Below, piece by piece: positions 59,460-64,000 of a DNA stretch of 64,000 nucleotides; within the stretch, counting starts at the first letter, position 1; every line of letters starts with the position of its first letter. The DNA lies in the IMG/VR virus record IMGVR_UViG_3300049893_003686. One strand, given 5' to 3'. The position numbers were made by a program, and so were the translations under genes. The notes under the pieces are model-generated. The model was not told the origin of the DNA. It saw only the letters and a list, made by a program, of their open reading frames with translations, and ran no database searches. This DNA comes from a virus.

Positions 59460-61075
59460 TGTCTCTAATATCGAAATACCCATTCCAATCCTTTAGGCCA
59501 TATGCAGAAGATGCATTGCGCGATGCTGAGGGTGCTTTTAATTCAGGTAAAAGATTTGTACTTATAAATGCACCTACTGGTTCAGGGAAATCAGGTATTG
59601 CAGTAGCTTTTGCGCGCCACTTTAAATCAGCAATTTTAACTCCAACTAAAGTGCTTCAGAATCAATATGCTGATACTAAAGAGTTTGGAACTGAGTATGC
59701 TATATTTGGTAAAAATAATTACAGATGCGGCCTTAAAGCCTTTAAACATCTTACTGTAGATCAGGCGATATGTTGTTCTGATGCCGCTACTATAGAATAT
59801 GCTGATTTAACAGACTGGAGCAAAGAGTTAAGTTCAGAGAAATTACCCTCGGTAGCACTTAAGTCAAAATGCAAAAGTGCAGACATATGCCCATATTATA
59901 GTTTAATATCTAATATCCCTACTAGACCAGGACCAATAGTCAACTATGATCTGTTCTTTCATCTAAAAAAGAATCCTATTAATTCTCGTGATGGAATAGA
60001 TTTTGGTGAAAATATAGTTTTTGACGAGGCGCATCATATTTTGTCAAAAGCAAGATCTATATTTGGCTATAAAATTATAGAATCTGTGGCCGAGAAGCTT
60101 TTAGGACAAGCAGCTAAGCGCAATAAAGGGGAGACTCCAGCACAATGGTTAGCTCGACATGTAATGCTATCAGCAGAAGCTTTAAAGAGCGAATGCGATA
60201 TTAAGGCAGCGCCTGAGCTGCAAAAATTTTATTTAAACGCATCTTTTATCTCCCAGCTTGAAATAGATGATGAGAGAAAATTTTTTATAGATGACAGAGG
60301 TACTGAAGTAGATATTAAGCCGGTCAACTTCAAATACCTAAAAAATTTAATCTTCTATCCCTTCAAAAAGATACTTCTTCTCTCAGCCACCTTTCCGAAA
60401 AACTTCTGTGAGATATTCAATATATCAAATGATGAGATGGAAGCTATAGACATCCCATCATCCTTTAGCAAGGAAAGAAGACCTCTCGTTTTTGTCAAAA
60501 ATCTTCCATCACTAAACTATAAATCCGAATTGAGTGACACTCATCCTACGATCGTAGCCCTTAAAACAATTGTAGAAAAACATTCTGAAGATAAAGGAAT
60601 TATTCATTGTTCCAGCTACTCTTTCTTCAAGCAATTGAAGAGAGTGTTGAAAAGTGACAAAAGATTTTTGTGGGTAGAACAAGGTGATAATAAAAGCAGG
60701 TATTTAGCAAGACATGCCTCGACAAAAGATAACTCAGTGTTAGTTTCAGCTGCTATGCTAGAGGGTGTTGACCTAAAGGACAATCTAGCTAGATTCCAGA
60801 TTATGCTAAAGCTGCCATTTCCTAGTTTGGATGATTATATGCGTCGCATGATGTCATTATATGATAACTACTATGATAACGAGGTTGCAATGTCTATACT
60901 TCAAGCTTATGGCAGAGCGGTACGATCTGATACGGACTATGCGACGTTTTATATTCTAGATGGGGCATTTTATAAATTTCTCAGTAGAAAAGAGATTTTA
61001 TCGCATTATGCAGTAGAAGCTCTTCACTCTATAACAACAAACGATCTTGATAAAATCAAGATATTAATAGGATAG
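59456..61075 (+). CDS. Superfamily-2 DNA helicase, XPD/Rad3/DinG-like with a probable Fe-S Cys cluster
   Basis: Walker A NAPTGSGKS and DEAH box VFDEAHH. The Cys residues between them (..YRCG..ICCS..KCKSADICPYY) are arranged like the XPD 4Fe-4S insert. Confidence 0.85.
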   Translation: MMSLISKYPFQSFRPYAEDALRDAEGAFNSGKRFVLINAPTGSGKSGIAVAFARHFKSAILTPTKVLQNQYADTKEFGTEYAIFGKNNYRCGLKAFKHLTVDQAICCSDAATIEYADLTDWSKELSSEKLPSVALKSKCKSADICPYYSLISNIPTRPGPIVNYDLFFHLKKNPINSRDGIDFGENIVFDEAHHILSKARSIFGYKIIESVAEKLLGQAAKRNKGETPAQWLARHVMLSAEALKSECDIKAAPELQKFYLNASFISQLEIDDERKFFIDDRGTEVDIKPVNFKYLKNLIFYPFKKILLLSATFPKNFCEIFNISNDEMEAIDIPSSFSKERRPLVFVKNLPSLNYKSELSDTHPTIVALKTIVEKHSEDKGIIHCSSYSFFKQLKRVLKSDKRFLWVEQGDNKSRYLARHASTKDNSVLVSAAMLEGVDLKDNLARFQIMLKLPFPSLDDYMRRMMSLYDNYYDNEVAMSILQAYGRAVRSDTDYATFYILDGAFYKFLSRKEILSHYAVEALHSITTNDLDKIKILIG

Positions 61076-61081
61076 TCAAGA

Positions 61082-61327
61082 ATGAATAAGGCAATTGTAA
61101 AAAAGATGCTATTTGTTGCAACAGTTGGCGGTCTAGCAGTATTAGGGCTGCATGCACAGAAATATATTAGATTATTTCTAGCTTTTAGAGGAAAGAGTGC
61201 AGCTACAGAAGAGCGCACTGATTCAGACAGCAATGATGATTACTTAGATGATTTGATTAATTCTGGTGAGGCAGTCAAGGTGCGTATTGTGTCCACACCA
61301 GATGATGAGGACGGCGCTGCAGATTGA
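61082..61327 (+). CDS. Small membrane protein with an acidic tail
   Basis: TM core LFVATVGGLAVLGL; 81 aa. Confidence 0.5.
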   Translation: MNKAIVKKMLFVATVGGLAVLGLHAQKYIRLFLAFRGKSAATEERTDSDSNDDYLDDLINSGEAVKVRIVSTPDDEDGAAD

Positions 61328-61353
61328 TTAACTGGAGGATGAGGAGGTGATAG

Positions 61354-62775
61354 ATGGAACGAGATTGGCGAAAAACATTGACTAGAGTGGTAAATCAGCT
61401 CAATAGGCCTATAGTTAGAAATCTGTCTAAATTCTCATTTCTCCTTCTTGAGACACTTGATATGGTCAAGCGACGTGATCCGATAACGATCACAGCCGCA
61501 GGACTAAGCATGGCCAATGCTATAGCAGAATCGTTTAATCTACCACAACTAACTCCACTAGAATCATATCTGGCTACACTAGATATTGAGCGCGGATATG
61601 GATATTTACCACAATTAGTATTCACTTCCAATCTATTCTCTTCTTTAGACAAAGAAGTCATATTCGCCTCAGAACATGAGGAATTAATAGAGCTCAGGCC
61701 TACAAAAGACAGCTCGCTGTATATTATTCAATATAAAAATACAACAGATTCATATAAGCAGCTAAGAAGAGATGATGTTGGAATGGATTTCTTCTATTCC
61801 AGTACATTAGATTTTAACCTTCTATTTGATAAATTATGGAGCTTATACCCATTTGGAATTTTTTTAAAGAGGAATAAACAGACACAAACTCTAGAGCTAA
61901 AATCACTACCAGCAACAACACCAGAGTATGTAGGTAAGTATAATTTAGAAGAGTTTTGTGCAAGATTAAAGAAAGCACATGATGAGGGAATCTCAAGGTC
62001 TTTCCTATTTCACGGACCTCCTGGTGTAGGAAAAACAACATCAGTATTACAGATAGCGTATAGGCATTTCAATAGAATTATTAAAATAGATCCCGCTATT
62101 GCCAGAACATTAGAGACCGGTGAATTAGAATTCTTCATCAATCAGCTTAAGCCACAAATTATTGTTTTTGAAGACTTTGATAGGGCATATAATTCTGTTG
62201 ACGTGGCGCTATTTATGATAGAAAATATAAAGCAGTCACATCCAGATGTTGCCATATTTGCAACAGTGAATAATCTCAATAAGTTAGACTCAGCGCTATT
62301 GAGACCCGGCAGATTTGATAAATTAATGTACTTCGGCTATCCTCAAGATCATGAATACGAGGCGATAGTTGATATGTACTTCAGCAAATACAATGCATCT
62401 GTAACGAAAGAGCAGAGATTACAGATAGCTTCCAGTGTTATAGGTTTAAGTCCAGCATATCTTAAAGAACTAGCTATAGAGAGTAGAAATTTTTCTGAAA
62501 CATCATTTGATCAAGAATTAGCCGATGCTATTGATGAGTATAAGCAGAGAATAGCTAGAGAAAAGTTAGATTTTGAAAATGCGGCCGAGGTAGATTCAAC
62601 TGAAGAAAATGATTCTGCTAGTGAAAACTTACGAACAATAGATATAGATGAAGGCTTGTCTTTGCTTAGTGAGATAAAGGCCGGACTATCTTCAGAAGAT
62701 TGGGAATCTCTTAAAGATCAACTCGTTGAGATGTATGCTAGAGATGCAGATCCGGAACAAATAAAGGAATTATAA
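61354..62775 (+). CDS. Classic AAA-family ATPase
   Basis: Walker A GPPGVGKTT, Walker B IIVFEDFD, and the second region of homology ATVNNLNKLDSALLRPGRFD. Confidence 0.85.
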   Translation: MERDWRKTLTRVVNQLNRPIVRNLSKFSFLLLETLDMVKRRDPITITAAGLSMANAIAESFNLPQLTPLESYLATLDIERGYGYLPQLVFTSNLFSSLDKEVIFASEHEELIELRPTKDSSLYIIQYKNTTDSYKQLRRDDVGMDFFYSSTLDFNLLFDKLWSLYPFGIFLKRNKQTQTLELKSLPATTPEYVGKYNLEEFCARLKKAHDEGISRSFLFHGPPGVGKTTSVLQIAYRHFNRIIKIDPAIARTLETGELEFFINQLKPQIIVFEDFDRAYNSVDVALFMIENIKQSHPDVAIFATVNNLNKLDSALLRPGRFDKLMYFGYPQDHEYEAIVDMYFSKYNASVTKEQRLQIASSVIGLSPAYLKELAIESRNFSETSFDQELADAIDEYKQRIAREKLDFENAAEVDSTEENDSASENLRTIDIDEGLSLLSEIKAGLSSEDWESLKDQLVEMYARDADPEQIKEL

Positions 62776-63593
62776 TGGCCAAGCCTTTTCTAAAGTGGGC
62801 TGGCGGAAAAACTCAGCTGCTCGAAGAGATCCTCTCTCGCCCACCAGAATCATATAGCAGATACATTGAGCCAATGGTCGGCGGAGGTGCGGTCTTCTTC
62901 TCACTTGCATCAAGAAATAATCCGCCAGAATCAGTAATTAATGATTTAAATGCAGAATTGATAAATGCTTATAGACAGATAAAGGCAAATCCAAACCTGG
63001 TAATAGAAGAATTGCAGGCTCTTGCACAAAATTCTGAAACATATTATCATATTAGAGATGCTGAGCGCTCACCAGAATTCTTGACGTGGGAGCTGCATAA
63101 GAAGGCGGCCAGAACTATCTACCTTAATAAATTAGGATTTAATGGTCTATATAGAGTTAATTCATCGGGATTTTTTAACGTGCCCTTCGGCAAGAGATCC
63201 GGTATTGATTTTAATTCTACAAATATACTAGCCGCATCTGAGGCGCTCCAGAGTTGTGAGATCATGAATGTCTCATATGTTGATATATTACAACACATTT
63301 TACCTGGTGACTGGGTGTACTTGGATCCACCGTACCTACCTATTAATGAGACATCTAACTTTACGCAATATACTGCAGGTGGCTTTGATATAACGGATCA
63401 TAGAGCGCTAAGACAATTCTGTGATACTATAACAGAGCGCGGCGCTAAATTTACTTTATCAAATGCCCATTCTAATCAAATAATTGAACTATATAGTAAT
63501 TATAATATTTCTGTTGTTTTTGCTAAAAGAAGCATTAATAAAAACGGTGCGCGCAGAGGCGCCATCCCTGAAGTAATAATTAGAAATTTTTAA
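62775..63593 (+). CDS. dam: DNA adenine methyltransferase (Dam family)
   Basis: The N-terminal FLKWAGGK and the catalytic DPPY (YLDPPYLP). Confidence 0.9.
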   Translation: MAKPFLKWAGGKTQLLEEILSRPPESYSRYIEPMVGGGAVFFSLASRNNPPESVINDLNAELINAYRQIKANPNLVIEELQALAQNSETYYHIRDAERSPEFLTWELHKKAARTIYLNKLGFNGLYRVNSSGFFNVPFGKRSGIDFNSTNILAASEALQSCEIMNVSYVDILQHILPGDWVYLDPPYLPINETSNFTQYTAGGFDITDHRALRQFCDTITERGAKFTLSNAHSNQIIELYSNYNISVVFAKRSINKNGARRGAIPEVIIRNF

Positions 63594-63594
63594 T

Positions 63595-64000
63595 ATGATA
63601 AAAGAGATTTCTTATGGCATAATTCCTGTTAGAGATGGGAAGGTACTACTTCTACGCTCATATCATATATGGGACTTTCCTAAGGGTAAGCCTAATCCGT
63701 CAGAAAGTCATATTAATACCGCAGTGCGCGAATTGCGCGAAGAGACTTCTCTCGAATCACCATTATTTATCTGGGGATTAGATCATGTAGAATCTATGCC
63801 GTATAAGAAAGGTAAGAAGATAGCGGTATATTTTATAGCATCATGTCCATTTGGGGAGGTACAGTTACTACCAAATCCAGAGTCGGGAATAGTAGAACAT
63901 CACGAGTTTGCATGGTTTTCTCTAGAGAACGCCAAAAGGTTAGTCGGAGATAGGTTGCAGCCAGTAATGAGTTGGATAGAGGAGAGGCTATCTTATGTCG
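63595..64000 (+). CDS. Nudix hydrolase (3' end beyond the window)
   Basis: Near-canonical Nudix box GKPNPSESHINTAVRELREETSL. The frame stays open to the window end, so the ORF is absent from the track. Confidence 0.8.
   Translation, partial: MIKEISYGIIPVRDGKVLLLRSYHIWDFPKGKPNPSESHINTAVRELREETSLESPLFIWGLDHVESMPYKKGKKIAVYFIASCPFGEVQLLPNPESGIVEHHEFAWFSLENAKRLVGDRLQPVMSWIEERLSYV

Noticed and set aside
1-64000. Eukaryotic giant-virus or eukaryotic origin, suggested by the AT-richness, Thg1, Ro60, NAMPT and E1/E2-like genes
   Set aside because: Genes have Shine-Dalgarno sites and ATGA or 1-14-nt coupled junctions. The proteins are bacterial-type: lipoboxes, OmpA_C, IF1/IF3, FmdB and FYDLN-type zinc ribbons, and Dam. 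Terminators are intrinsic hairpins. There are no spliceosomal-type introns or eukaryotic promoter features.
1-64000. Integrated prophage or mobile-element boundaries (integrase, transposase, att sites)
   Set aside because: I found no integrase, recombinase or transposase motifs. The duplicated 84-nt tRNA-like element is a direct repeat, but both copies are complete and embedded in the same gene-dense context. I therefore did not call it an attL/attR pair. A search against candidate host genomes would be needed to exclude that reading.

Overview
The window is visibly AT-rich and very gene-dense, with about 100 ORFs, more than 90% of them on the + strand. Many junctions are ATGA-type stop/start overlaps and many starts have AGGAG-like Shine-Dalgarno sites, so the sequence is prokaryotic or viral, not eukaryotic. 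The gene content reads like the auxiliary-gene repertoire of a very large (jumbo/huge) dsDNA phage or phage-like element of a Gram-negative host.

Recognised functions:
- NAD+ salvage: NMNAT-Nudix and NAMPT, next to a macro domain.
- Nucleotide metabolism: PyrD, dCMP deaminase, dUTPase.
- DNA transactions: ATP-dependent DNA ligase, XPD/DinG-like helicase, FtsK-like translocase, Dam methylase.
- Translation factors IF3 and IF1.
- tRNA and RNA maintenance: tRNA-Arg(UCU), three atypical tRNA-like genes, a TilS-like PP-loop enzyme, a second CDA-fold deaminase, a Thg1-like enzyme, Ro60/TROVE-vWA, a 2H phosphoesterase, an RlaP-like nucleotidyltransferase and a DHH phosphoesterase.
- Chaperones: ClpB, Hsp20, and an SspB-like protein.
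- Envelope proteins: an OmpA-family fusion, SPFH, lipoproteins, and S1, S8, M50 and M15 peptidases.

I could not recognise any capsid, tail or terminase gene, rRNA, CRISPR array, integrase or transposase by eye.

Most notable observations:
1. A co-directional ubiquitin-like conjugation cassette at 53.7-59.0 kb: a Ubl ending in Gly, an E2-like protein, a JAB/JAMM protein and an E1-like protein.
2. Two arrays of nested tandem repeats (9-bp units inside macro-units whose periods are all 9k+5 bp). They bracket a 1.6-kb gene-free core at the window edge. Every macro-unit carries an SD-ATG and an ATGA junction.
3. An 84-nt atypical tRNA-like element with a CAU anticodon loop, present in two identical copies. 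One copy lies next to the TilS-like gene. A separate tRNA-like gene has canonical arms plus about 60 nt of extra sequence.
4. A Ro60/TROVE gene preceded by a structured, gene-free 200 bp.

All functional calls come from motif reading by eye. None has been checked by a database search.
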